Numbered from the stretch's first letter, positions 9,917-20,305 are shown. The stretch: DNA of 64,000 nt from an uncultured Pseudobdellovibrionaceae bacterium (GCA_963803705.1 CAWDNU010000002.1:160753-224752), one strand, 5' to 3'. Made by a program: numbers and translations. The notes: a model not told the origin generated them from the letters alone.

Positions 9917-12358
9917 TTGGCGATGATATCAAAAAAAAAGATCTTACTCTTAATTTTAGTCCTAACCGCATTCACTGTACTATATCGTTTAAGTAATGAG
10001 AGAGCTGAAATATCCGTTGCAAACATTTTGGATCAACATGATTTTTATTCGAAAGAAGTTCAGCCTGTTTTCAATGCTAAATGTGTAGCGTGCCATTCCT
10101 GTTTTAATTCCCCATGTCAGTTGAACTTGTCTTCTTTTGAAGGTCTAAGTCGCGGCGCAAGCAAAATTGATATCTATGATTTTGCAAAGTTGGAACCAAA
10201 AGATCCCACAAGACTTTATATTGATGGTCACAATTTTAAAGACTGGAAAAGTAAAGGGTTTTATAAAGTTGACAATGTTGACCAGAACAAAAATTCTATC
10301 CTTCAATACATGATTACCGGACTTCCTGGAATCGAATCTGGCCTGCAGAACACTTTTGATTCGGAATCAAGTAGGGTGTGTGTTTCAAATTTAAAGGATG
10401 GTCAAAGAGACTCTTACCTAAAAAAAAATCCAGCTGGTCGTATGCCCTATGGCTTTTCGAAAGTGTCAGAATCAGAATTGGCAAAAATCAAAGAATGGCA
10501 GCTTGATAAATTTGACAAACCAGAAAGCCAAATAGATCTAGAAGCCAAAATTTTAAACCATGCTAAATTTAAAAATAAAATATCTAATTGGGAAAAGTTA
10601 TTTAATGGCACTGATTTGAAATCAAAGCTAAGTTCAAGATATATATATGAACATTTATTTCTAGCTCACATATACTTTGAGGACCAACCCAAAGTTTTTT
10701 TTAGATTAGTGAGATCTAAAACTAAAGTGAGTTACATCAGTGAGATACCTACCGTGTTTCCTTTTGATGACCCAGGTTCAAACTTTTATTACCGACTACG
10801 CCCTGTCACTAATACACTGACTCATAAAGACCATATTCCTTTTAAGTTTGATCAAGCCAAGTACCAAGCTTTGAAAAAAGACTTTTATGACAGTAAATGG
10901 TCATCTAAGATCAAGCAACTACCTGCCTATGGTAGAGCTGGTGCTAATCCATTTCAAACATTTAAACAGATACCGATAAAAGCTAGATATAATTTTTTAC
11001 TGCTTGATGCTAGCTACCATATAATGACCTTTATCAAAGGTCCGGTTTGCAAAGGGCAAACAGCAGTTAATGTCGTGAACGACCACTTCTGGGTGATGTT
11101 TGTAGATCCTGATAAAGACATCATGGTGAAAGACCGTAAACTTGAGCTTAAGATAGCTAATAACTCTGCGTTTCCTGCTAGGGACATGGACGACGTGCTA
11201 CCATCTGCTGACTATAGGAAAAGGTATTGGGAATCGGTTGGATTTAAGTTTCGCGCTTTGGTAGACAGACGGAAGCCCCTGGACTTTAATTTTATTTGGA
11301 ATGGCGATAAAAAAAACACAAATTCTTTACTAACAATTTATCGTCATTTCGACAGCGCCCAGGTTTTGAGAGGTCTAAGAGGGACCACTCCGAAAACCGT
11401 TTGGGTGTTTGACTATCAAGTGTTTGAATCTATTTATTATAATTTAACTGCTGGCTACAATGTTTTTGGTCCCGTCATGCACCAATTGAATACTAGGCTA
11501 TTTATGGAAATGTCTAGGTTGGCTTCTGAAGATATGTTTTTAAGCTTTATGCCTCAGGGTAAGCGTCTAGCACTTCGGGAATCTTGGAATCGCAAGACTC
11601 CAGAAAGTAAAGAGTCAGTGGCTAAAACCGCGGTTGATATATTCATTGGCGATGTGCGTGGTAAATTAAAGTTTGAATATCCATTTTACGGTGGTGAGCT
11701 AAAGGTTGGCCCACTAAATGGTAGATGGGCATCTTCAACTGAGAAGTCATTAAACAAGACACTATCAAGCAAGAATCCATCAGACAGGAACATAAAAATC
11801 GATGAGCCCAAAACTAAATTTCTGCAACATTTGATCTCTGAAAGATTTTCAGATGAACAGATTAATTCGAAACAAGACTACTTCGAAAATGAATTTAAAA
11901 ATAAAAGAGAAAGCACAGGACTTACAGAGCTTCAAAAACTATCTAAGTTAAAAGGTATTTCAATTCAGAACTTGCCCGACACTATTTTGCTCTTGATAAA
12001 AGACTCTGATCAGATTTTCACAATCGTTCATAACAAAGCTCATTACAATGTTTCAATGATGTTTTTAGAAGAAGACTTAAGAAATCCAGCTATGGACACT
12101 CTTGATGTGATCAGCGGGGTTGTAAGTTCTTACGCAAACTTATTTGTGGTACTCAATTCAAATCAGCTAAACCAATTCGTAAGTGATGTGTCTGGAATAA
12201 CATCAGCCAAACAAAGCTGGGCTATATTAAAGAAATATGCTGTATCACGCGGTGACTCGAATTTTTGGAAAATTCACGGTATTTTTTCTGAAAGAAGTTT
12301 TGAGCCGCTTACAAATGAGTCTGGTATTCTTGATTTAAACAGATATTTAAATATTTAG
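9917..12358 (+). CDS. cti: Fatty acid cis/trans isomerase (heme c)
   Basis: N-terminal signal/TM, CVACH heme motif followed by PCQL, PTRLYID, RYIYEHLFLAH, FIKGPVCKGQ, RHFDSA, GILDLNRY C-terminus. Confidence 0.9.
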   Translation: MAMISKKKILLLILVLTAFTVLYRLSNERAEISVANILDQHDFYSKEVQPVFNAKCVACHSCFNSPCQLNLSSFEGLSRGASKIDIYDFAKLEPKDPTRLYIDGHNFKDWKSKGFYKVDNVDQNKNSILQYMITGLPGIESGLQNTFDSESSRVCVSNLKDGQRDSYLKKNPAGRMPYGFSKVSESELAKIKEWQLDKFDKPESQIDLEAKILNHAKFKNKISNWEKLFNGTDLKSKLSSRYIYEHLFLAHIYFEDQPKVFFRLVRSKTKVSYISEIPTVFPFDDPGSNFYYRLRPVTNTLTHKDHIPFKFDQAKYQALKKDFYDSKWSSKIKQLPAYGRAGANPFQTFKQIPIKARYNFLLLDASYHIMTFIKGPVCKGQTAVNVVNDHFWVMFVDPDKDIMVKDRKLELKIANNSAFPARDMDDVLPSADYRKRYWESVGFKFRALVDRRKPLDFNFIWNGDKKNTNSLLTIYRHFDSAQVLRGLRGTTPKTVWVFDYQVFESIYYNLTAGYNVFGPVMHQLNTRLFMEMSRLASEDMFLSFMPQGKRLALRESWNRKTPESKESVAKTAVDIFIGDVRGKLKFEYPFYGGELKVGPLNGRWASSTEKSLNKTLSSKNPSDRNIKIDEPKTKFLQHLISERFSDEQINSKQDYFENEFKNKRESTGLTELQKLSKLKGISIQNLPDTILLLIKDSDQIFTIVHNKAHYNVSMMFLEEDLRNPAMDTLDVISGVVSSYANLFVVLNSNQLNQFVSDVSGITSAKQSWAILKKYAVSRGDSNFWKIHGIFSERSFEPLTNESGILDLNRYLNI

Positions 12359-12364
12359 ATTGCT

Positions 12365-12548
12365 CTATTTTTCGACCCTTTTTAAATCTATTAATTTTAA
12401 ATTCTTAACTAAACTTGACTGTTTCGGAGCCACTACTTCATCAGTTGCCATAAAACTTTTTTTCTGCGTGAAAACAGAGTTTTTTATGTGAATACCCAGC
12501 CCCAATATAATAATCACAAGAATGAATTCCATATGCTTTTTTATCATA
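12365..12548 (-). CDS. Small single-TM hypothetical protein
   Basis: Short ORF with hydrophobic FILVIIILGLGI segment; start uncertain. Confidence 0.4.
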
Positions 12549-12667
12549 ATAAGGATATATACAATTTGCATGCCGCCAGATGAACTGATCGGATTAAGTT
12601 GTATTAGAGTTGCTATAATCTGAGTGACGAATTTGGGCTTAGAAACAATGTTTCTAGGTTTCTACTT

Positions 12668-12834
12668 CACTTCTCGAACTAAATTTCTATCAATTTAAGA
12701 ATATGAGCCTAATGATTTTTTAGCGTGGTGGTAAAATTTCAAATCTAGATCAACTCAATTTCTAGAGCCTAAGATAAATTTAGGCCTACTAGCTGATATT
12801 AAAAGGCACAATAAAACGTTGAAAGATCAGACCA
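12668..12834. repeat. 167-bp direct repeat, copy 1
   Basis: First 81 bp identical to 16260-16340; remainder colinear with substitutions only. Confidence 0.95.
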
Positions 12835-12848
12835 AAACCAAGTGTTTT

Positions 12849-13565
12849 CTATTGTTGGGTTTTAAACCTAATATATCCATCCATAGTTTGATTAAATCGC
12901 TTTATTACATCTTCTTTTGACATAGGACCGTCTGCCGGGGAAAAGCAGAACATCGGAAGACCAAAAACAGGTTTAGACTCTATAACGAGTGTCTCAAAGT
13001 CACCATTTTCATCAGCTACTCTCCACGCATCTAAGCGACCCGTATGCACTCTATCTCCTTTATCAAGTACTGGCATTTCATGTACTCCATTTTCATTAGT
13101 GGTTGTAGGCTTGAAATCTTCTACAAACAGATAGTGAAGATAGCAAAAAGGTTCGAATGGATATGCAATTAGTAAGTCATCATTAATACTAGATGGAATC
13201 AAGTGTTGTAAGAATGCGCCCATATGAGCTCCATAAAAATTATGAGCAAACCTCGCTTTTCTTTTAGCAATGAACATTCCAGGAGTTCCTGAGCTAGTAG
13301 CAAGCTCTTGCATTGTTTTTTTACTTTTTAACTTAATAGGCCATTGAATTTGAAGAGATCCATCGGCAACTTTCGTTTTGCTCATAGCGTCTATTTGATC
13401 AGTTCCGCCATAAGAAAATTCCAATTTCGCAGAGTACCTAGGGCTTTGAAAATAATATCTTGGAACATTCTTCGTATCTTCAGTTAAGTTATTTTCTACT
13501 GTTTGAGCGTTAATATGCGCTAGCGGAAATACTATAAAAAGGGCTAACCAGTGTTTTCTGACTAT
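12849..13565 (-). CDS. Exported hypothetical protein; frame open to an ATA at 13565
   Basis: ORF 12849-13424 extends 47 codons upstream without a stop to an ATA preceded by AGGAGA, adding signal peptide VRKHWLALFIVFPLAHINA-QT. Confidence 0.7.
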   Translation of the reverse strand: MVRKHWLALFIVFPLAHINAQTVENNLTEDTKNVPRYYFQSPRYSAKLEFSYGGTDQIDAMSKTKVADGSLQIQWPIKLKSKKTMQELATSSGTPGMFIAKRKARFAHNFYGAHMGAFLQHLIPSSINDDLLIAYPFEPFCYLHYLFVEDFKPTTTNENGVHEMPVLDKGDRVHTGRLDAWRVADENGDFETLVIESKPVFGLPMFCFSPADGPMSKEDVIKRFNQTMDGYIRFKTQQ

Positions 13566-13829
13566 AAATTTTCTCCTGTTTAAAATTGACTCTCTTCAAG
13601 TGAAAATAAAATAGAAACATATTTTATTAACCACAATTTTTAGGCAACTCAATCATTAAAATTTGTAGTTTGAAAAAGTGAAGGTTTTTCCTTCAGTTCC
13701 TAAATTGAGAATAAAAGGATTGAAGCGGCACATTGCCTCAAGAGTTTCCTAACATTAGGTGATTGGATGATTTCACCAGCTTAATCTAATTATAATTGGG
13801 CTTTTGTCCTAAAAGGGGTCGGTTTTCCC

Positions 13830-13857
13830 TAAAGAACGACAAACTTTTAACCGATTA
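13830..13857 (+). promoter_or_regulatory. Candidate sigma28 (FliA) promoter
   Basis: TAAA-N16-ACCGATTA immediately upstream of ATG 13864. Confidence 0.3.
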
Positions 13858-13863
13858 GATTGT

Positions 13864-15153
13864 ATGAAATTTTTTAACTTAACTTTTTTATTATTTTCAG
13901 TTTCACTCCAGGGATGCTTGTGGGCTGAATTCGACGGGAGTCTCTCAGAGCTCTCTAGTTTAAATGATTCAGCAGTTTTAGTTTATCAAACTAGTTTAAG
14001 TGATGAAACTATTGAACTCCCTCTAGATGGAGATCCTAGTTTCATATACAATTTCATCGTGGATTGGGGTGATGGAACCCCTATTCAAACCGTCAGCTCA
14101 GCTACTGATCCCAATAGATTTCACACCTATCTTAATCCAGGAAATTATACAGTCACTATGGATGGTTTAGCTCAAGCTATGGAGTCTAAGTGTGTTCCTG
14201 GAGCGCCCTTCATCAACAATCTTATCTCTGTGCCGAATTTAGGTGATATGGGTTGGACTAGTATGAGAGGTGCATTTAGAAACTGTGAAAACTTAACCAC
14301 GGTCGAAGGTGGAGAGTTTTCCCAGGTCACGACAATGGCGTCAATGTTCGCATCTGCAATAAATGCTACGCCAAATACCTCTAATTGGAACACGTCAAAT
14401 GTAGTTGATATGAGTTCAATGTTCTTTGGTGCTCGATCTGCTAACCCTGATGTTTCGAATTGGAATACTGGCCGTGTCATTAATATGCTTCAAATGTTTG
14501 CTGCAGCAATTCTAGCTAATCCAAATGTGAGTAATTGGGATGTTTCGAATGTTGAAAGTACGACGTCCATGTTTGCCCTTGCAACCTCGGCAATCCCTGA
14601 TACAAGTAGGTGGAATACTTCTAGCCTCGTAAATGCTTCAGCAATGTTTTCATTTGCGACCTCTGCAAATCCTGATGTGAGTGGATGGGATACATCGAAT
14701 CTAACTACTATTTTCCAAATCTTTGGTAATGCCAGTTCTGCTGCTCCGAATGTCACGAACTGGGATACTGCAAATATCCGTGATATGGATGAAGCTTTTG
14801 TAGGGATCGCTGGCGATCCAGACGTCACGAACTGGGATACCTCCAATGTTACTGACATGAGACGAATGTTTTCGAATGCAACCAACGCGAATCCAAATGT
14901 ATCAAATTGGGATTTCTCTTCTATTCCAGTAAGCTCGGGGCCTGGTATAAGCCCTGTGTCGGACCTATTCAGGAACACGAATATTTCTAACATCAATTAT
15001 TCAAATTTTTTAATACGCTTAGAGCAAACGACTTCTCACACTGGACGCCATCAAATTGGAAGTGTGAATGCTCAATACGAAAGTAGAGCGACAAGTGCCA
15101 GAAATACACTTATCAGTAGAGGATCTAATATAATTGATCTTGGGCCTGAGTGA
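13864..15153 (+). CDS. BspA/DUF285-type repeat surface lipoprotein with PKD-like N-domain
   Basis: Lipobox-like LQGC; VDWGDG..HTY..PG.YTV (PKD-like); about 8 repeats of NPdVSNWdTSNVxxMxxMF with about 25-aa period. Confidence 0.85.
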   Translation: MKFFNLTFLLFSVSLQGCLWAEFDGSLSELSSLNDSAVLVYQTSLSDETIELPLDGDPSFIYNFIVDWGDGTPIQTVSSATDPNRFHTYLNPGNYTVTMDGLAQAMESKCVPGAPFINNLISVPNLGDMGWTSMRGAFRNCENLTTVEGGEFSQVTTMASMFASAINATPNTSNWNTSNVVDMSSMFFGARSANPDVSNWNTGRVINMLQMFAAAILANPNVSNWDVSNVESTTSMFALATSAIPDTSRWNTSSLVNASAMFSFATSANPDVSGWDTSNLTTIFQIFGNASSAAPNVTNWDTANIRDMDEAFVGIAGDPDVTNWDTSNVTDMRRMFSNATNANPNVSNWDFSSIPVSSGPGISPVSDLFRNTNISNINYSNFLIRLEQTTSHTGRHQIGSVNAQYESRATSARNTLISRGSNIIDLGPE

Positions 15154-15308
15154 TTATTAAATGCTAGACTACTAAATTTCACAAGAACATTTTTATTATC
15201 CATAGTATAGATGGCTTCAAAAAGCTTTTCATAAATTCAGGATGAAACCCTGATTGATCCTTTTTTAACTATCATAAAACATTGTTTCCAAGCCTGTAAT
15301 TTATTAGG

Positions 15309-15772
15309 TTGGTCTTGTGTTTGAAATTGTTCTACTTCTTTTTAATTGTAGCTTTAGTTCAAGCTAAAACGATTCAAGACTATTATAATGCGGCTCTTGA
15401 AAATACAGCCATTATCAAAATTAAGTCCATCGCAAGTGAAATAGCAAAAAAGAATAAAAAGCAGGTAACTGCTGCTTTAATTCCAGATCTATCGCTTGTC
15501 TCGAACAGTATTTGGAGAGAGCAAGTTGATGTAGGACCTTTTGAAGAAGGCTATCAACACTCAGGTTTTTTTAGTCTAAATTAACCTCTATTTCAAGGTG
15601 GTTTTGAATGTTACTCTATCGGTATTTCTAAAAATTTAGCAAAAGACTCTGAACTTGATATTAAACAAGAGCAGTTGTCTCTTTATTATAATATCGCTCA
15701 AGCTTTTTATAAAGTTTTGAGTTAGAGAGAGATCAGCTCAACGTTCAAAGAACAAAAGAAAGCATTAAATTA
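15309..15772 (+). pseudogene. TolC-family outer membrane protein fragment
   Basis: Signal peptide, ALIPDLSL, then LN*PLFQGG (stop where Q is expected) and NIAQAFYKVL; truncated afterwards. Confidence 0.7.
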
Positions 15773-15905
15773 AATTAGATTAAATTAGACAAAAAAAATT
15801 ACGGGCTATAGCAAAACTTTTTTGTGTTCGATTTATGGCACGTAAACATAGTATTATTATATCCGTTTTGAATTGGTTTTTAGGTTTTTAAAATCAACAA
15901 AATAC

Positions 15906-16088
15906 TAGGGCCTGTGAAAGATTCATCTAGGTTTTTACTACTTCATCTTCAAAAGAATTTGTTTTGTGCTCGCCTTCGCTTTTTTCGATGTAGCTATTGC
16001 TACACTTCAAAAACCTTAGTCTGCGCTTAAAACAACTTCAATTGAATCTAAAGCATTTAAAACCTAGATGGATCTTCCACAGGCCTTA
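15906..16088. mobile_element. 183-bp MITE-like element, copy 1
   Basis: About 30-bp terminal inverted repeats TAGGGCCTGTGAAAGATTCATCTAGGTTTT / AAAACCTAGATGGATCTTCCACAGGCCTTA; near-identical inverted copy at 28434-28616. Confidence 0.9.
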
Positions 16089-16259
16089 TTAGAAAGCTGG
16101 GTACAAGTTGTAGAAGGCCGGAATGCAGACCCTTGGATTGAGTTTAGTATTATTCATGAAGGGAACAATACTTTTAATTTATATCCGAATCACAAGTGCT
16201 GTACGAAACCGAAGGTAAAAGCGAGAGTGTAAGAAATTTTCTACTTGGACGGTTATCGC

Positions 16260-16426
16260 CACTTCTCGAACTAAATTTCTATCAATTTAAGAATATGAGC
16301 CTAATGATTTTTTAGCGTGGTGGTAAAATTTCAAATCTAGGTCAACTCCTTTTCTAGAGCCTAGGATAAATTTAGGCCCTCTAGCTGATACTAAATGGCA
16401 CAATAAAAAGTTGATAGATCAAACCA
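16260..16426. repeat. 167-bp direct repeat, copy 2
   Basis: Matches 12668-12834 at a constant offset of 3592 bp. Confidence 0.95.
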
Positions 16427-16428
16427 GA

Positions 16429-16917
16429 TTACTGAATGGGATAAATTAGTTTATCATACCACAGGGCTCTTTTCCGCGATACCTTTTGTATATTGCAAGT
16501 TAAATCAGTCTCGATTGAAACTGAAAATAGAGATTGTTTTATAGCGCGTTGCCCTGACATTTTACTTCCTGGATCTGTTTCATAGATACAATCTATATTT
16601 TCAAACCGATAAGTTCCAGAATTTGTAAAAGAGACATTCGACTGCCATTCTCTATCAATTTTCAGGTTCTCGCTATGAAATCGATCATCCAGATGTACCC
16701 CAGGTATCAGTCTTCTTTGTGATTTACACCCAATGAAAATATACTCGGAGTAGTGTATTTGTGAATATCCACTGATGATTGTATTCAGAGCGGAATCTTG
16801 AACACCTTTTTCATAAAACGCTAAAGCGTTATCAAAATTGTCGCAGGCGTAAGACGTTATCGAGATTAATGGACTTGATACAATTAGAGTAATAATTAAA
16901 TAAATTAGAAAGTTCAT
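16429..16917 (-). CDS. Exported hypothetical protein
   Basis: 162-aa ORF with hydrophobic signal peptide ending SYA-C; AAGGA RBS. Confidence 0.75.
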   Translation of the reverse strand: MNFLIYLIITLIVSSPLISITSYACDNFDNALAFYEKGVQDSALNTIISGYSQIHYSEYIFIGCKSQRRLIPGVHLDDRFHSENLKIDREWQSNVSFTNSGTYRFENIDCIYETDPGSKMSGQRAIKQSLFSVSIETDLTCNIQKVSRKRALWYDKLIYPIQ

Positions 16918-16955
16918 GGCTTTTATCCTTTTCGTTGTTTAACTACAGCAACTAT

Positions 16956-16971
16956 AGCAAGCTTAGTGCCA
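16956..16971 (-). promoter_or_regulatory. Sigma54 (-24/-12) promoter
   Basis: Minus strand TGGCACTAAGCTTGCT, an exact TGGCAC-N5-TTGCW match about 40 bp upstream of ATG 16917. Confidence 0.75.
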
Positions 16972-17063
16972 TAGAACCCAATGTTTTAAATCCAATAAAA
17001 CACGCAAAGACGCATTAAAACCGACAAAACAGAGTATTTTTCGGCGCAAAAAATGTCACTTTT

Positions 17064-17513
17064 TTAAGAACATTTAATTAGGCATTTTAAAACGACATCT
17101 TCAGTTGTCGCTTGATAGACAAGCTTTAAGTTTTTTAAAAACTTTTTTTGAAGTTTTGAGCCAAAGTATCTGAGCGAATTTCTAATCTGGTGGACAATGC
17201 TGGTCTGCACTTCAGTTTTAGGATAGATGCTCTTAATAGCATCGGGAAAACCTTTAAGCCCGTCCACACAAGCTATTAGAATGTCATTAACGCCACGGAT
17301 TTGAAGATCTGTTAAAACCGATAGCCAAAAGGTTGAAGATTCGTTTTCACCAATGTAAATGCCTGAAAGGTCCTTCATGCCATTGTTGTCGATAGCAACA
17401 CAAGTGTAAGCCGCTTTGCTTTTAAACTTACCATCAACTTCGACCTTAAAATGTATAGCATCAAAAAAGACGATAGGATAAATGGCCTCTAAGGGTCTGG
17501 ATTGTAATAGCAA
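17064..17513 (-). mobile_element. IS256-family transposase internal fragment (degenerate)
   Basis: QSRPLEAIYPIVFFDAIHFKV, ENESSTFWLSVLTDL..RG, IACVDGLKGFPDAI, VHQIRNS; no start, end or TIRs seen. Confidence 0.88.
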
Positions 17514-17680
17514 TACAATTTACCTTCTTGCATCATAAACGCATGGCCTTTATCTAAAAGGATTGGTATTGATATTTTTTCTCTCGTTTACATATTTATC
17601 TTTATATTATAAAATTTAATGATCTGGTTCTTTATAGATAGTAAGTTTTTGCTGTTGGTTCTAAGAATTATAATATCGTT

Positions 17681-18580
17681 ATGTCAAAAGCCAGTATCTA
17701 TATGATTTTTGCGACAATATTTTTTGTTGGCGCGCACTCGTGTATCAAATTTCTAAAGCACTTACCGTTACACGAAGTGATATTTGCCCGACTTATTTTT
17801 TCTTTTATTTTATGTCTGGTATATTTCAAATATAAGAAAATAAACGCACTGAAAGAAATGACACTTCCTCTTTTCTGGCGTGGCTTTTTCGGTGCTACAG
17901 CAATGGTTTTGTTCTTCTACACATTACAGGTCTTACCACTAGCAACAGCGATCACGCTGAATTATTTGACTCCGTTATTTGCCCTGACAGCAGCTATTTT
18001 TGTTTTAAATGAACATCCAAGTTCTAAAGTTTGGCTCTGTGTGGCTCTAGCTTTTATCGGAGTGCTTCTAACCAAAGGCTTCGATGACTCTGTGCCATGG
18101 CCTGCTTTTGTGGCAGCCATTGTAGCATCAATGTTGGCAGGCCTTGCTTACACATTTGTAAGAAAAGCAGGCCAAAGATCAAATCCCTTCCTAGTTATTT
18201 TTGCGCTTCCTCTTGTAGGGGTAGTGCCTTCTGCTTTAGCTTTTTGGAGTTTCGACTATGTTAAGCCCTCTAATGAAGACCTGATGATTTTATTGTTGAT
18301 GGCAACATTAGTTTTTATTGCTCAGTATTTTATGACAAGAGCTTACACTATTGGAAAGATGTCCCAGGTATCAATAATCACCTATTTAACTATCGTGTGG
18401 TCTATATTAGTAGGTTATTTCGTGTTCAGTGAATCTATCGCAGGAAGTAAACTAATAGGGGTGCTGTTTATTGCTGGCGCATTAGTTTTAAATGAGTTTT
18501 TTGTTTTCAAAGCTAAAAAGCTTGAAGCCCAGAAGACAATGATAAGACCACAATGCTTGGGCAGAAAGCAGATGAATTAG
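17681..18580 (+). CDS. DMT/EamA-family transporter
   Basis: About 10 TM helices, two EamA halves (LPLATAITLNYLTPLF..LNE, GYFVFSE). Confidence 0.88.
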   Translation: MSKASIYMIFATIFFVGAHSCIKFLKHLPLHEVIFARLIFSFILCLVYFKYKKINALKEMTLPLFWRGFFGATAMVLFFYTLQVLPLATAITLNYLTPLFALTAAIFVLNEHPSSKVWLCVALAFIGVLLTKGFDDSVPWPAFVAAIVASMLAGLAYTFVRKAGQRSNPFLVIFALPLVGVVPSALAFWSFDYVKPSNEDLMILLLMATLVFIAQYFMTRAYTIGKMSQVSIITYLTIVWSILVGYFVFSESIAGSKLIGVLFIAGALVLNEFFVFKAKKLEAQKTMIRPQCLGRKQMN

Positions 18581-19390
18581 CTGCATGTATATTGGTGCAA
18601 GCAGAAGCAAGTTAGTGAGTCCAATACCTAAGGTTAAGTAGGATATGATTAAATACAGGGAAATAGATCTGACTCTTCTAAAATCATAACTCATCCAAGT
18701 TATAACAAATACCGTGGCTATTGCGAAAACAGGATGTAAAATTCGCAGTTTTAAAATCCAAGGCGAATTTAAAGCAAAGTCTTGGTAGACACCATGATGT
18801 AAAGAATCAGAAGGGTATAGTGTGTCTCCTAAAGCTGTAAGCGCCCCTAAGGCAGCTATAACAACCAATCCGAACGTACATAAAGCAAATAATGAGCGAC
18901 TTAAGTGCAGGAGGCTTGAAGGCTTTCTTTTTTCTTTAAAGTAGTGGATCACGCCTACAATGCATCCCACAAGCACAAATGTATTTACCAAGTGGACAAT
19001 CATGGTAAAGGCTCGTCCCCAAGAATCATTTGATCCTACTAAACCGGATAACACTAGCTTTGCGCCAATTAGGGCTTCAAAAAGGGTCAAAATTAATACC
19101 AGTAAGGGCAAAGCCAAGATCCTTTTAGGTAAACCCTCTTTCTTTAAATGTACCAAGGTGAAAATGACTAAAGTAAACACAAAAATGCCGTACAACCCCG
19201 AAGTTGCTCTATGAATATATTCAATTAACGTCTGAATCGAAGAATTTGTAGGGATCAACTGCCCATGACAAGTAGGCCAGTTTTTTCCACAGCCATCACC
19301 GGAACCGGACGCTCTGACAAATGCGCCCCAGATGACTATAAACCAAGTGTAATAAAGCAGGGCAGACCACCACTTTTCAAATTTGGACAT
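18488..19390 (-). CDS. ctaA: COX15/CtaA heme A synthase
   Basis: GAFVRASGSGDGCGKNWPTCHG, EYIHR, further conserved His residues in TM helices. Confidence 0.88.
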   Translation of the reverse strand: MSKFEKWWSALLYYTWFIVIWGAFVRASGSGDGCGKNWPTCHGQLIPTNSSIQTLIEYIHRATSGLYGIFVFTLVIFTLVHLKKEGLPKRILALPLLVLILTLFEALIGAKLVLSGLVGSNDSWGRAFTMIVHLVNTFVLVGCIVGVIHYFKEKRKPSSLLHLSRSLFALCTFGLVVIAALGALTALGDTLYPSDSLHHGVYQDFALNSPWILKLRILHPVFAIATVFVITWMSYDFRRVRSISLYLIISYLTLGIGLTNLLLLAPIYMQLIHLLSAQALWSYHCLLGFKLFSFENKKLI

Positions 19391-19546
19391 GGTTAGAAAC
19401 TAGACTTAAAGGTCAATATATCAAAGCAGATTCGATAGATGAGAATATAATGCGAAGTTTCATAAAGATTCTACAAAATTTTGTATCTAAAGAACGAATT
19501 AGGGTAGGATATTTATGTTGTTCACATTTTAAAGGAGAAAACAGCT

Positions 19547-20281
19547 ATGAGAATAATTTTAGCAACGCTTGTGTTAGCACTATTTGCTACAGGATGTAAT
19601 AAAGGGGGCGTTGGAGCTTCGGCAATTAAGTTAGATGACGAAAAAGTGATCTACTCGCTTGGAAAAAACTTCGGAGATCGAGTGAAAGCATACGATTTAT
19701 CCGAAAAAGAGCAAAAAATTCTTGTTACTGGAATTATGGACTCTCTTAAAAATAAAGAGACTAAAGCTGAAGTTTCTAACTTTGGAATGGAAATAGCTAA
19801 GTTTGCAGACAAAAGATCTAAAGCAATTGCAGAAAAAGAAAAAGAAGATGCCAAGTCTTATTTAGAAAAAATGCAGAAAGAAGACGGTGCTGAGGTTTTA
19901 AAATCAGGGATTGTATTTTTGTCTGTTAAAGAAGGCGAAGGTGTTACACCCAAAGAGACCGACACTGTGAAAGTAAACTATCACGGTACATTAAGAAACG
20001 GTGACGTTTTCGACAGCTCGACTGAAAAAATAGCTGGATCTCCGCGTGAACCAGAACCGGCAACGTTTCCACTAAATCGTGTGATTCCGTGCTGGACCGA
20101 AGCCGTTCAAAAAATTAAGGTTGGTGGTAAAGCGAAAATCACTTGTCCTTCTGAAACTGCTTACGGCGACAGAGGTGCTCCGCCTAAGATTAAGCCAGGT
20201 GCTCCGCTTACATTTGATGTCGAACTGCTTGAAATTGTTAAAGAGACTTCAACAGATAATAAAAAGAAAAAAGCTAATTAA
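19547..20281 (+). CDS. FKBP-type peptidyl-prolyl isomerase (FkpA/Mip-like lipoprotein)
   Basis: Lipobox ATGC, YSLG N-domain, VKVNYHGTL..FDSS, VIPCWTE, AYGDRG. Confidence 0.92.
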   Translation: MRIILATLVLALFATGCNKGGVGASAIKLDDEKVIYSLGKNFGDRVKAYDLSEKEQKILVTGIMDSLKNKETKAEVSNFGMEIAKFADKRSKAIAEKEKEDAKSYLEKMQKEDGAEVLKSGIVFLSVKEGEGVTPKETDTVKVNYHGTLRNGDVFDSSTEKIAGSPREPEPATFPLNRVIPCWTEAVQKIKVGGKAKITCPSETAYGDRGAPPKIKPGAPLTFDVELLEIVKETSTDNKKKKAN

Positions 20282-20305
20282 TAAAAAGAAATTTAATTAG
20301 ATATT

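Noticed and set aside
12668..16426. 167-bp repeats as integron attC sites
   Set aside because: No RYYYAAC/GTTRRRY boxes, asymmetric arms, identity continues about 80 bp past the candidate GTT, and no integrase in the window
18488..18580. 93-bp convergent overlap of the EamA and ctaA genes as a regulatory system
   Set aside because: Short tail-to-tail overlaps are common and nothing else supports antisense control
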